This document shows positions 29,908 to 40,303 of a stretch of 64,000 nt of DNA, in pieces. Position numbers and translations under genes: made by a program. Source of the DNA: an uncultured delta proteobacterium. Lineage in GTDB: Bacteria; Desulfobacterota; WTBG01. Within the stretch, counting starts at the first letter, position 1; every line of letters starts with the position of its first letter. The stretch is from NCBI GenBank assembly GCA_963793865.1, contig CAWCBP010000008.1, positions 448,001 through 512,000 of the forward strand, given 5' to 3'. The notes below the pieces were generated by a model. That model worked only from the letters and a program-made list of their open reading frames with translations. It was not told where the DNA came from and ran no database searches.

Positions 29908-30777
29908 TCAGCCCTTCAGGTATTTGCCGATAATAATCCGGAGATCGTTTTTTTTCTGCGGGGGTATCAAGTCCTCCCGGGTAATGATGGCGTTGCGAAG
30001 TGCCTGAGAGCAGGCGCAGCTTCGTGTGCTTGCCGCTATTTCAGGCACTGCCTCCCGGATGACCTTCTGGACATTGAGCGTGTTTTTATCGAGGTTCTCA
30101 ATGATCATTTCTATGCTTAAGCTGTCGTCGCCCTCCCGCCAGCAATCGTAGTCCGTGACCAGCGCGATGGTGGCGTAGCACATCTCCGCCTCCCGGGCCA
30201 GCTTTGCCTCCTGCAGGTTGGTCATGCCGATAACATCCACGTTCCAGCTGCGATAGATGAGGGACTCCGCCCTGGTGGAAAACTGCGGTCCGTCTATGCA
30301 GATGTAGGTTCCCCCGCTGTGAACGGGGAAGCCCAGCGCCCTGATCCTGGTGTGCAGCATCTCCCGCAGGTGCGGGCACATGGGGTCAGAAAAGCCCACG
30401 TGGGCCGCAATGCCTTCTCCGAAAAAGGTGCCGATCCGCTTGCGCGTCCGGTCAAAAAACTGGTCCGGCAGCACCATGTGCAGCGGTTTGATCTCCTCTT
30501 TCATGCTTCCCACCGCGCTGACGGATATGATGGATTCCACCCCCAGCTGCTTGAACCCGTAGATGTTGGCCCGGAAATTCAGCTCATGGGGCAGGATCCG
30601 GTGTCCCCTGCCGTGCCGCGGGAGAAAAGCCACCGCTGCGCCGTTCAATTCACCCACCAGGTAGCTGTCGGAAGGTTTCCCGAAAGGGGTCTCAAGACTT
30701 ATGCTTTCGGTCTTTCCCAGGCCCTCCATTGCATACAGTCCCGTGCCCCCGATGACGCCTATTTTAATGGAAGACAT
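29908..30777 (-). CDS. mtnP: S-methyl-5'-thioadenosine phosphorylase
   Basis: IGGTG, PRHG, SAVGS, GPQFSTRAES, GMT, VTDYDCW. Confidence 0.93.
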   Translation of the reverse strand: MSSIKIGVIGGTGLYAMEGLGKTESISLETPFGKPSDSYLVGELNGAAVAFLPRHGRGHRILPHELNFRANIYGFKQLGVESIISVSAVGSMKEEIKPLHMVLPDQFFDRTRKRIGTFFGEGIAAHVGFSDPMCPHLREMLHTRIRALGFPVHSGGTYICIDGPQFSTRAESLIYRSWNVDVIGMTNLQEAKLAREAEMCYATIALVTDYDCWREGDDSLSIEMIIENLDKNTLNVQKVIREAVPEIAASTRSCACSQALRNAIITREDLIPPQKKNDLRIIIGKYLKG

Positions 30778-30820
30778 ATAATCTCCTTAACACACTAATT
30801 GATGATTTAAGTGCTGGGCA

Positions 30821-30887
30821 CATGGAGGGCCATGCTCTGTCATGGCCGCATATAATAATCGGACGCGACGGAGCGCGTCCCTCCATG
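30821..30887. repeat. GGAG-type REP doublet
   Basis: CATGGAGGG...CCCTCCATG ends with internal hairpins GGCCATG..CATGGCC and GGACGCG..CGCGTCC. Confidence 0.65.
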
Positions 30888-30910
30888 GTGGTTAAACAGA
30901 AAACCGGTAT

Positions 30911-32752
30911 TTATCCACATGTAGGGGCGACCGGCCGGTCGCCTCTACAGTATTTATTTTTCCATGGTCTCGGAACACACACTACTTGGCCGTCTGCCGT
31001 TTCTCCCGCCTCTTCAGGGCAGGGCTGAAGATTCATGCCGTGGGTGGAGCACAGAGGTGATTCACCGATAAGCAGATACTTGCCCCCGGTAGGGCATGTA
31101 GCGGTCTTCGGAGAGGAAAGGTACGGCTTGAGCAGGGCCGTGTTGAGCGAGGTTTGATCCTCCAGGGTAAGCGTTCCCGATGCCCCGCTTTGCTTGAAAA
31201 GCAAAAGGGCCTTCTGCAGCTGGCAGAGCTGCGCGTGGCACTCCTCCTTCCAGACCTCTTTCCTGAACCCGTTGCCCTTGAAATCGTTTAATGTGGACCG
31301 GGTATCGTTAATGCCCTCAAATATAAGATACGAACTCATGGTGCCTCGCGAGATGGCGTCAACCGCGGGATCAAAGGGTATGGCCTTGAAGAGATCCTTT
31401 CCGCCCAGGCGCCCCTGCAGCTTGTCGATGTCTTCCTGATTGAAGTCCACGTTGCCGTACTTGGTCAGCTTGATGGGCTTGAAGGAAATCAGCTGCCCGC
31501 TCCCATCGAAAATATAGTAAAAATGAATATCATGACAGACATCGCATATGCTGTACTTGCTCACCACCCTGCCGAAGAGCACCCCTTCGTCCGCCCGGGC
31601 TGACAGGGGGGTGAATCCGACATAGACCGACCCTCCGCCGGCCAGCTCCTTTTTTTCAACCCACCCCAGGTCCGGGTTGATCTCCTTCATTGATTTCTGC
31701 ATCAAGGCTATCAGATCCTCTTCTTTCAGCGTGGGCTTGAGGGCGGGGATCGTTCCCTCCAGCACTTCCGCGGCCTGGGCGGACGTCAGGGAACCGGCAC
31801 GGTAGACTATTCCCCCGGAGTCATTCACAAGGCAGATGAGCGGGTTTTCGGCAACCTTGAAAAGCCTGGTGAGCGCGGCGCCCTCATCCTCCAGCAGGAA
31901 GACGCCGGGTGTGGAGGCCAGCGCGTCACGCTCCTGGGAGGGGAAGAGCCGATTCAGCTCGCCTGCAATGACCAGGGCCAGCTTATCATTGCCGAGGAGT
32001 GAAAGCAGAACCGGCATCTGGTTTTTCCTGTTTCTGCTGTCCGTTTCCAGGGGGAAGGTAACGGAAGAGGGAAAGTAAAGAAGTATCTGTTTCGCGGCAA
32101 AGGATTGGGCGGGATGCTTTTTTTGCAGCGTCTGCATTAAAACCTGAGGCACACGGTACCCGGGTTCGATTCCTTCCAGGCTGGTCTTGAAGAATTCTCT
32201 GATCTTCTGCAGATACATTTCGTGGGAGTCAACCGCCCCCCGGTGGTGATAGAGAATGAACCAGTTTTCCCCCGAGTCCCGCCTGATGATGTAGGTTTGC
32301 GGGGTGCCCTTGGGATCGCTCAGGTTGTTATAAACCTCTTTGAGGGGGTCCGGGAGAATAGGGTAGCGGGGCTGAAAGTCCGTTTGAAAGGCGGCTATTT
32401 CCTCCGCATTGTTACCCACGGTGATGCCCAGCATTGCAACCCTCGACTTAAGAAAATCGTCAGACTGTATGGCTTCCGCCAGCCGGTTAAAAACCGGCAT
32501 CTGCAGCTGACAGGTGTGACAGTGCACGTTGAGCATCTCAATGATCATGATCTCCGCCTTGAAATCCTTAAGGGAGATGGTTTCCTGCTCCGGCAGCTTG
32601 AGCGCCTTGCGGTCCTCTTTGCTGAGGTTGCTCTTGAGGGTGAAGGGCTTGAAGGGATCGCCGACCCTGACCGGCTTAAAGTTCTGCGACCAGCAGGGGG
32701 TAATTAAAAAAAGCACCATGCAGCAGGGGATGAGCAGCAGCGATGGCTTCAT
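30911..32752 (-). CDS. exported multidomain protein: TlpA/redoxin-like domain(s), CxxCH motif, C-terminal Cys/His motif
   Basis: signal-like MKPSLLL..; NVHCHTCQ; GTPQTYI; SICDVCH; DAISRGTMSS; CPTGGKY..CSTHG. Confidence 0.75.
   Translation of the reverse strand: MKPSLLLIPCCMVLFLITPCWSQNFKPVRVGDPFKPFTLKSNLSKEDRKALKLPEQETISLKDFKAEIMIIEMLNVHCHTCQLQMPVFNRLAEAIQSDDFLKSRVAMLGITVGNNAEEIAAFQTDFQPRYPILPDPLKEVYNNLSDPKGTPQTYIIRRDSGENWFILYHHRGAVDSHEMYLQKIREFFKTSLEGIEPGYRVPQVLMQTLQKKHPAQSFAAKQILLYFPSSVTFPLETDSRNRKNQMPVLLSLLGNDKLALVIAGELNRLFPSQERDALASTPGVFLLEDEGAALTRLFKVAENPLICLVNDSGGIVYRAGSLTSAQAAEVLEGTIPALKPTLKEEDLIALMQKSMKEINPDLGWVEKKELAGGGSVYVGFTPLSARADEGVLFGRVVSKYSICDVCHDIHFYYIFDGSGQLISFKPIKLTKYGNVDFNQEDIDKLQGRLGGKDLFKAIPFDPAVDAISRGTMSSYLIFEGINDTRSTLNDFKGNGFRKEVWKEECHAQLCQLQKALLLFKQSGASGTLTLEDQTSLNTALLKPYLSSPKTATCPTGGKYLLIGESPLCSTHGMNLQPCPEEAGETADGQVVCVPRPWKNKYCRGDRPVAPTCG
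30921..30948. repeat. GTAG-type REP palindrome, copy 3 (inside the 3' end of a CDS)
   Basis: GTAGGGGCGACCGGCCGGTCGCCTCTAC, translated as CRGDRPVAPT. Confidence 0.85.
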
Positions 32753-33074
32753 GCACCATCCTGCAAGGCGGAATTGAGAGGGGTTAAATCGTTTATTGAT
32801 GCTGTTCCGGCTGCTGCTGCGCGTAACCGAAGGGAATGTCATGCAGGGTGCTCCTTCCCTAAATGCAGAATGATTGATTTTGCTGTTCTCCATTTTTATA
32901 AAAAGTCTTTCTCACAGCTGCTATTATTTATCGTGAATGCGGGTTAATGTCAAACCCAAAAGCGAGGAACTGTTTGATTGCGCTAAAGTTTTTGGCGCAC
33001 TGTATCGATAGAAATACATGCGGTATGTATGAGACACTTACCCGTTTTTACCCGATCTTCAAATAAAGCTCGCT

Positions 33075-34985
33075 ATGGATCACAGCGCTCATGCTCAAGG
33101 ATCATTCATGTCCCGAATAACCGGTCTTCATAAAATTGCCGCCTTCCTTATAATCATGCTCAGCCTGGTGCTTTGGGTGGAGCCGGCTTCCGCCATGAAA
33201 CTGGAGGTGCTCCGGCAGAAGCTTGCTGAAAACCGTGCCGGATGGAAAGCAGCCGAAACCTCGCTTTCTAACCTTTCCACCGAACAATTCAGACAAATGC
33301 TCGGCTTTGCACCCTTGGTAAGAGAGGAAACAATCCAACAGCTGAGCATAGAGCCCGAAAGCCAGGTGATATATGAGCTGCCTGCCGCTTTTGACTGGCG
33401 CAATAACAACGGAGACTGGGTAACAGCGGTAAAAACCCAGGGCGAGTGCGGTGCCTGCACTGCCTTCGCAACGCTGGCGGCATTTGAAACGCTGGTCATG
33501 CTGGACGCAGGAAATCCAACCCCGGAGGTTGATCTTTCGGAGCAGTATCTTGTTTCATGCGGGCCGTCGGGTACCCGGGGTGGATACGCGTATGGCGGCT
33601 GCATAGGCAATTATTCTGATTTTATTTCCGATTTCCTCATGGGTGCCGGTGTGCCGGATGAGACCTGTTTCCCTTATGCTGCCGGGCAGGACACGGGAAC
33701 GGAACCTCCCTGTGACGGGGCATGCGCTGACGCGGAAGCACGCATGAAAAAAATAGTAAGCTGGTCATATATTGCCCCCCAGGCAGGCTTTTACCTCCCC
33801 CGGCCCGATCAGATTAAAGCGGTGCTGGTCAATAAGCCCGTGCCCTGCGGCATGTTTATCTATGATGATTTTAAGCACTACGCCGGCGGCATCTATGAAC
33901 CGGTATCGGGGCAGGATAGCATAGGAGGCCATCTGGCCTGTATTGTAGGTTATGATGATTCTCAGAATTGCTGGATTGTGAAGAACAGCTGGGGGGAGGG
34001 GTGGGGTGAAGATGGTTTTTTCAGGATCGGATATGACCAGACGTCAGGCAACTCTCTCACCATGTTCGGTCTTGAAGCGCTCGATTTGAGCTATGGAGAG
34101 CCTGTCATTACCACAACCACCACTACCAGCATTCCCGTCACAACCACCACCGTCCCCGGGACTACCACCACAACCACCACCGTCCCGCAAAGTGACGCGC
34201 CCAATTTAATTCCCTGCGCGCCTTATGGGTGGAGCTATCCCATTGTACCGTCAGCGCAGCAGGGCACCAGTGACTTCAATCCGCAGTCAGACGTGCTTTA
34301 TCCCTCTCCCCGCAGGACCTATATTGATTTCGCGGTGTGCAACGACAGCGACATTCCCGTAGAGGAACCATTTACCGTCTCTTTCTACATTGACGGCAGG
34401 GAGGCATATGCCGCCGTGGTCGACGATAAGCTCACGGGCAAATCGTACCGGGCATGGCTCGATGAGGAGTTCAGCTTTTCCGAGGGGGAGCACACGCTGC
34501 TCTTCGCGGTTGATGCTGATGGTGCGATAGAGGAAGGCGATGAGGGAGACAATGTTTTTGAGATGAGCTTTAAATGGGGCGCTTTATGGCCCGTGGTGTA
34601 TGGGCGCATGTTTGGACCCGCCGGCAGTGACACCGTGCCGCTCCTGAGGAAAGTAAGAGATGAGGTGCTCATGGCGAGCGGGGAGGGAAGGGCCTGTGTG
34701 CGCATGCTTTATCGCCTGTCGTGGGACATTGCCATGATCCTCTTAAGCGACACTGAACTGCGACTGCAGACGGCGGGGGTTGTAAAGCAATTGCTGCCGG
34801 AGGCGGCATGCCTGGCGGATGGTGAGACGGTACTTCTTTCTTCCGCCAAGCTGGCTTCCTGCGAAGCCCTGCTGGACAGGTTTGCCTCGCGCGGAGGCCC
34901 GAAGGTCAAGGCCCTGGCTGCGGCGCTGCAGGAGAAGATGCGGGAAGGAACGCTCTTCGATCAGCTGGGCATTCAGATAGAGTAG
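33075..34985 (+). CDS. secreted C1A (papain-family) cysteine protease with Thr-rich linker, CARDB-like and C-terminal helical domains
   Basis: LPAAFDWR, QGECGACTAF, DLSEQ, GGH, KNSWG..WGEDGFF; poly-Thr linker; DADGAIEEGDEGDN. Confidence 0.9.
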   Translation: MDHSAHAQGSFMSRITGLHKIAAFLIIMLSLVLWVEPASAMKLEVLRQKLAENRAGWKAAETSLSNLSTEQFRQMLGFAPLVREETIQQLSIEPESQVIYELPAAFDWRNNNGDWVTAVKTQGECGACTAFATLAAFETLVMLDAGNPTPEVDLSEQYLVSCGPSGTRGGYAYGGCIGNYSDFISDFLMGAGVPDETCFPYAAGQDTGTEPPCDGACADAEARMKKIVSWSYIAPQAGFYLPRPDQIKAVLVNKPVPCGMFIYDDFKHYAGGIYEPVSGQDSIGGHLACIVGYDDSQNCWIVKNSWGEGWGEDGFFRIGYDQTSGNSLTMFGLEALDLSYGEPVITTTTTTSIPVTTTTVPGTTTTTTTVPQSDAPNLIPCAPYGWSYPIVPSAQQGTSDFNPQSDVLYPSPRRTYIDFAVCNDSDIPVEEPFTVSFYIDGREAYAAVVDDKLTGKSYRAWLDEEFSFSEGEHTLLFAVDADGAIEEGDEGDNVFEMSFKWGALWPVVYGRMFGPAGSDTVPLLRKVRDEVLMASGEGRACVRMLYRLSWDIAMILLSDTELRLQTAGVVKQLLPEAACLADGETVLLSSAKLASCEALLDRFASRGGPKVKALAAALQEKMREGTLFDQLGIQIE

Positions 34986-35636
34986 GGCTTGAGGGTCGGA
35001 CCAAATCAAGCTATTAATCTTTATATAGATTATTCCTAAAACAAGCTATTTCCCCGCCTTAAATCCCTGTTTTTAGCCTCAAAAATAGACCGGTAAGAAA
35101 TCTCTCATTTACTCATGCATCCTGCATCATTCCCTCCTTATAAATTATCTCATAAAGGCGCAAGGCGTATTTTTTTGTATTTGAAAATTTTTCTTTTTGA
35201 AGGGAGATGGATGCAGAAATTGATCTCATGCAATAGTAACGGCACAAGATATGGAACGCTTTCTCATCACTGTGGATATCTTGGGTATAAAAAAGAAAGT
35301 CGCGGACTGCTTCGGGTCAGCAGACCACCACTCCTTGCTAACACACCGTTTTTATTGCCAATCCTCACTGGTCAGGATTTGAGCAAAGAGCTAAATCGCC
35401 AGTCGCAATGGCATCAATTTCTTCTCAACCCTCCACTTATCCACAGGCAATTAACATCTCCCTGTGGAAGAATTGCGGTTTGCCTGTTCACCCGTTTGCC
35501 GGTTGAGCCCTTGTGCCCTTATGCCTCGGTAAATCCGCAAGTGAAATTGATACTTCAGGAACTGTCTCTTATTGGTTCTTCTGCGGCACAATAATTGCTC
35601 AACATGGGCTTGTCACTTAATGAAAAGCGAAATTAT

Positions 35637-35777
35637 ATGCTAAAGGAAGAAATAGTTGCTCAGGATACGATCGCACACATAATATTTTTAATTCGCGGTC
35701 AGAAGGTGATGCTGGATAAAGATCTGGCAGAACTCTATGGTGTTAAAAACCCGCCGGCAAACCAGCAGAAGGGTTAA
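35637..35777 (+). pseudogene. truncated ORF6N/KilA-N-like DNA-binding protein
   Basis: IFLIRGQKVMLDKDLAELYGV followed by an early stop. Confidence 0.7.
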
Positions 35778-35830
35778 CAAAGGAGAAAAACTCCGAGTGT
35801 AAAGAGAAATAGGGATGCCAGAGGAGGTGA

Positions 35831-36184
35831 ATGGAAATGCATGGATTATGGGCAACACTGCTCGCAGTATTGTTAATGACATGTCCTGCAAGTTCAACCA
35901 TTGCCGGTGACGGTGTGTGGGATGCGGATAAAGGAGGCATTGACAGGGACTTGGATAATGACGGTTCGTGGGAAACCATGACAAGGGAGGAATCGATAGA
36001 GACGTTGATTTACCGTTCTAAATGCCGCAGTCTGTGGGGGGTGCAACTGCCTTTGGTTCAGCTTCTTGAAGGGGAAAATAGTCTAGACCTCGAACCTAAA
36101 AGGTGGTACAAAAGCCATGGGTCGAGCAGGAATCGCAGGCTGTTCATGGTGCCGTGTGAAATGTCACGGATATCCTCGAAATGA
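35831..36184 (+). CDS. hypothetical protein with signal-like N-terminus
   Basis: GGAGGTG RBS, hydrophobic N-terminus, DLDNDG motif. Confidence 0.4.
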   Translation: MEMHGLWATLLAVLLMTCPASSTIAGDGVWDADKGGIDRDLDNDGSWETMTREESIETLIYRSKCRSLWGVQLPLVQLLEGENSLDLEPKRWYKSHGSSRNRRLFMVPCEMSRISSK

Positions 36185-36204
36185 TAAAAAAGTAAATTAA
36201 GACC

Positions 36205-37983
36205 ATGTCTTTCTCCTTTTTTTACACCTCCGCATTATTAGTCCTCATGACCGTTGTCCTCATAAGGGAATGGATTGAGGTAGAGCTCACCCTGTTCGCG
36301 ACACTCCTGCTGCTGCTTGCCGCCAGGGTCATTACACTGAACGAGGCACTGGAAGGGTTTTCCAACGAGGGCATGCTCTCGGTGGGCATGCTTTACATTG
36401 TTGCCGGGGCGCTTGAAAACACCGGTGCCCTGCACCGCGTCGGCCACTTGTTTCTCGGCAATAAGCGATCTGCCGTCCCCCTGAAACTGCTTCGCCTGAC
36501 GGTGCCGGCCGCAGCGGCATCAGCCTTTATCAACAATACCCCCCTCGTCGCCATGACCATACCGGTTGTCCGTTCGTGGGCCGAGAAAAACCGCTATGCA
36601 CTTTCAAAGTTCCTGATTCCGTTATCCTATGCGACCATCCTGGGCGGCGTGTGCACACTCATCGGCACCAGCACCAACCTGGTGGTGCATGGTCTTCTTT
36701 TAAAAAACAATCTTCCGGGGATGTCATTTTTCGAAATAAGCAAGGTCGGCATTCCCCTGGCGATTGCCGGGGTTCTGTTCATATGCCTGTTTGGCTACTT
36801 CTTATTGCCGGAGCGCAAGGAGCCGCTGGTTGATCTCGGGGAAAGAACGCGCGAATTCGTCATCGAGCTGCGGGTGGACCATACCTATGCGCATGTGGGA
36901 AAAACCATGGAAGAAGCAGGGCTTCGGCATCTCACCGGCTTATTCCTTTTTCAGATTGAACGGGCGGGTAAAATAATCGCTCCGGCACGGCCCGATGACC
37001 GGATTTACGAGGGAGACAGGCTTTTTTTTACCGGCATGCCCAGGACAATTCTGGAGCTGCAAAAAACCCCCGGCCTGCAACTTACCAAGGATTCTCACTT
37101 TGATCTCAAGCAGTATGACTCAGACCGGATCAAGACCTATGAGGCGGTTATTTCGGCCAGTTCCCCTCTCGTCGGGAAAAACGTGCGTGACAGCAATTTC
37201 AGGACCGTCTATGGAGCGGTCATAATTGCCATTCACCGCAATGGCGGGCGCATTGAGAAAAAAATAGGAGACGTTGTTTTGTGTCCCGGTGATACCCTGC
37301 TTTTACTCGCTGACAGGAACTTTTACCGCAACTGGTATCACTCTGCAGATTTCTATCTTATTTCCAGCACGGAGCTGGTGAGTTCCAAGCCGCGCTGGCA
37401 GGTCCGGCTGTCACTGGCGGTGTTGGTTTTTATCGTCGCGGCCACGGTGCTGAAGATACTTCCCCTCATCGCCGCGGCAGGCTTTGCGGCTATAGTCCTC
37501 ATGCTCACCGGCTGCATATCTGTCCAGGAGGTAAAAACTCAGATTGACTGGCGCGTGCTGATTGTCATAGCCTGCGCGTTCGGTATTTCCAGCGCAGTAA
37601 CCAAATCGGGGATTGCCGATATTCTTTCCCGCGCCATTCTCACCTGCAACACGCATTGGGGCATTATGGGTACCCTGGCAGGACTTTACTGTATCACCAA
37701 CATCTATACCACCTTCATCAGCAACAATGCCGCGGCGGCGATGCTGTTCCCCATCGCCCTGGCTACGGCCGGGCATCTTCAGCTCGATGTTATGCCCTTT
37801 GCCGTTACCGTGGCCATAGCCGCTTCATTTGCTTTCGCAACACCCATTGGATATCAGACCAACATGATGGTATACGGCCCCGGCGGGTATAAATTCATGG
37901 ACTTCATCAAGGTAGGGCTGCCACTCCAGATTGTCTCGGGAGCGCTGGCGGTGGTACTGCTGTATACAGTCTATTTCCGCTAG
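36205..37983 (+). CDS. SLC13/DASS-family permease with two TrkA-C domains
   Basis: GFSNEG, SAFINNTP, TLIGTSTN, ISNNAAA, TPIGYQTNMMVYGPGGY. Confidence 0.9.
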   Translation: MSFSFFYTSALLVLMTVVLIREWIEVELTLFATLLLLLAARVITLNEALEGFSNEGMLSVGMLYIVAGALENTGALHRVGHLFLGNKRSAVPLKLLRLTVPAAAASAFINNTPLVAMTIPVVRSWAEKNRYALSKFLIPLSYATILGGVCTLIGTSTNLVVHGLLLKNNLPGMSFFEISKVGIPLAIAGVLFICLFGYFLLPERKEPLVDLGERTREFVIELRVDHTYAHVGKTMEEAGLRHLTGLFLFQIERAGKIIAPARPDDRIYEGDRLFFTGMPRTILELQKTPGLQLTKDSHFDLKQYDSDRIKTYEAVISASSPLVGKNVRDSNFRTVYGAVIIAIHRNGGRIEKKIGDVVLCPGDTLLLLADRNFYRNWYHSADFYLISSTELVSSKPRWQVRLSLAVLVFIVAATVLKILPLIAAAGFAAIVLMLTGCISVQEVKTQIDWRVLIVIACAFGISSAVTKSGIADILSRAILTCNTHWGIMGTLAGLYCITNIYTTFISNNAAAAMLFPIALATAGHLQLDVMPFAVTVAIAASFAFATPIGYQTNMMVYGPGGYKFMDFIKVGLPLQIVSGALAVVLLYTVYFR

Positions 37984-38138
37984 CAGGCTGTTGAAAAACG
38001 CCCATCTGCGGCGTTACACTCATCCTTCGTCATTGCAGCGTACTCGCATGTACGCCTCATTCCTCAGGATTTCGCGTGCCTTGCATCTGGACGTTTTTGA
38101 ACAGCCTGCGTAAAACTGTTTTTTCAACAACCTGCTAG
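37980..38138. mobile_element. MITE-like element with terminal inverted repeats
   Basis: CTAGCAGGCTGTTGAAAAA ... TTTTTCAACAACCTGCTAG, plus a nested right end at 38092-38109; no transposase. Confidence 0.75.
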
Positions 38139-38175
38139 CCGGTTTTGTTTTGCGGGCGGTTCAGTCCGAATGCTT

Positions 38176-40268
38176 TCAAGCTACTGCTGAGGTTGGGTAC
38201 TGGTATCGTACCGGGAAGCCGAAGTTGTTGTCGATCAGCGCATAGGTTTCCCGAACGTCACGGTAAAGCCGGGTGACATAATCATACGCTTCGTCTCGTG
38301 GCATGGTCCCGGCGTTTAATGCGTGGAACACATGCTTAAGATTTTTAAAATCCGGAGAACAGATGCCGGTGCTCACGCACTTTTGAACGAAGGCGTTTAT
38401 AGCCTCAAGCTCGTCCTGGGGATCCACTCCCATTACAACCAGAAGCGAGCGGGCGGCGAAGATCAGGGCGCGTTTTAAAATCAAGGCGTCCGCATCCTTG
38501 CCTTCCGCCTCGGCCAGCAGCTGCCCGGCCGAATCCAAATCGGATTCCATCATGTCGATGACACCGGAGCCGCATTCACCCTGGGTCAACCCTGCAAGAG
38601 AAAAATCTTCCGCTTTACCGCAGTCGCGGTAGTATCCCGCGTCCTCTTCATAGGGGGGAACAGATGCATGCCTCTCTATGAGCGCCCGCATGTGTTCCTT
38701 TCCGGTGGTTGTGACGCAGTCATAGACATCCGTATCCCCGGCTCGGTTCCGGAGGAAGTCGATGAATTCGCCGAGAAGAGTCGGAATGGCGCGGGCGGGA
38801 GCGGCGCCGACAGGTTCGGCCAGAACGGTTTTTTCCCCGTCGACGTTACCTCCCAGGTATATCCGGTAAAACGGGACTGAACGGTTGAAAACCTTTTTTG
38901 CCATACCCGAGAAAGAGATGAGACCTATGGGATGTTGTCCGCACGCGTTGGAACAGCCATTGATGTTGATCATCACCTGTCTCATGGTTTCGGGGTCCAG
39001 TTTCGCTTCTGCCAGACTGATCATAAGTTCGGAGGCCAATCCCATGGAGTTGCATATTCCCAGGTTGCAGGTGGTTGCGCCCTTGCAGCAGATGCTGTCA
39101 ATCAAGGCCGCGGCGGATGGAAACAGGGGAAACAGGTCTTTAACATTTTCATGGATGTGCGGAAGCACGGTTGCCGGCACGTTTGCCATGACCAGATCCT
39201 GCCGCTGGGTGGTCCTGAAGGATAGGGCCGGGGCTGTTTCGCCGAGGCGGGCAAGGGCAATGAGCGTATCGCCCCGCACCTCTCCCCGGGGAATCCTCAG
39301 ATGCACTGCGTAATAGCCATCCTGCTTCTGTTTTTCAGTATGCCAGGTCAGGAAGCCTTCGTAGGCCTTATCATGATGTAACGGCGTACCATCTGCGCGG
39401 GGACTGCCCGTCAGAGGGGGCAGTTGAGGGAGTTCGTCCGCGGTCTTGAGTTCTATGATCCCGCCCTCTTTTACCTTCTGCAGCTCCTCGTGGTAGAGCT
39501 GTCGGAATCGCTCCCAGCCCAGGTCTTCAATGAGAAAGCGGATCCGGTTGTGGTGTTTCTTTTTTCTGTTGCCGTGGGTATTGAACAGGTTGATGATGGA
39601 TTTTACCGTGTAGCCGACATCCCCTTCCTCGATTACGTCATGCAGCACCTTTCCCACCATGCTCCTGGCACCCATGCCCCCGCCGCACAATACTTTAAAG
39701 CCGTCATTGAGGGCAATGAAACCGACGTCGTTGACGCCCGTGCAGGCGCAGTCCCGCTCACAACCCGAGAATGCTATTTTGATTTTCCGGGCATGGTATA
39801 CGACTCGTCCAGGGAAAGCAGATATTCCGTCAGGCCCCACACAGTCCTGTACACTTCGCGGCGCTCACGGACGCAGATGCCGGATCGATGGCAGCCGGTA
39901 ATGTTGCGTACGGTGTTGCCGCCGCCGGCCCGGGGTGACAGCTCAACCTCTTTGAGGTCCTCTATCAGATCGAGGGTGTGCTCGACCGGAAGGTTGTGTA
40001 TTTGAATATCCTGCCTGGTGGTGATGTGGAGCGCGCCGTCCCCGTAGGTATTGGCTGCCTTTCCCATGCGGCTGAGCTGCAGGGGTGTCAGGACGCCATT
40101 GGGAACCCGTATGCGCGCCATGAGGAGTTTTCCGCCGCGCTGCGCATAAAAGCCCCACGGCACACGGATGCCCCTGAAAAAAGCATCCTGCATTTCCCCG
40201 GCAAGAAATCTGCCCAGGTTGCTCTTATAGGCGGGTATTTCATCCAGTATCTTTTTCGGTACGATCAT
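38176..40268 (-). CDS. siroheme sulfite/nitrite reductase with C-terminal extension (one frameshift near 39790)
   Basis: MARIRVP, HITTRQDIQ, NTVRN, KIAFSGC, TTQRQD, CKGATTCNLG, NGCSNACGQH. Confidence 0.88.
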
Positions 40269-40303
40269 GCCCTGTGTTTCCCGTTCTGTTTCGACTGTTC
40301 CCG

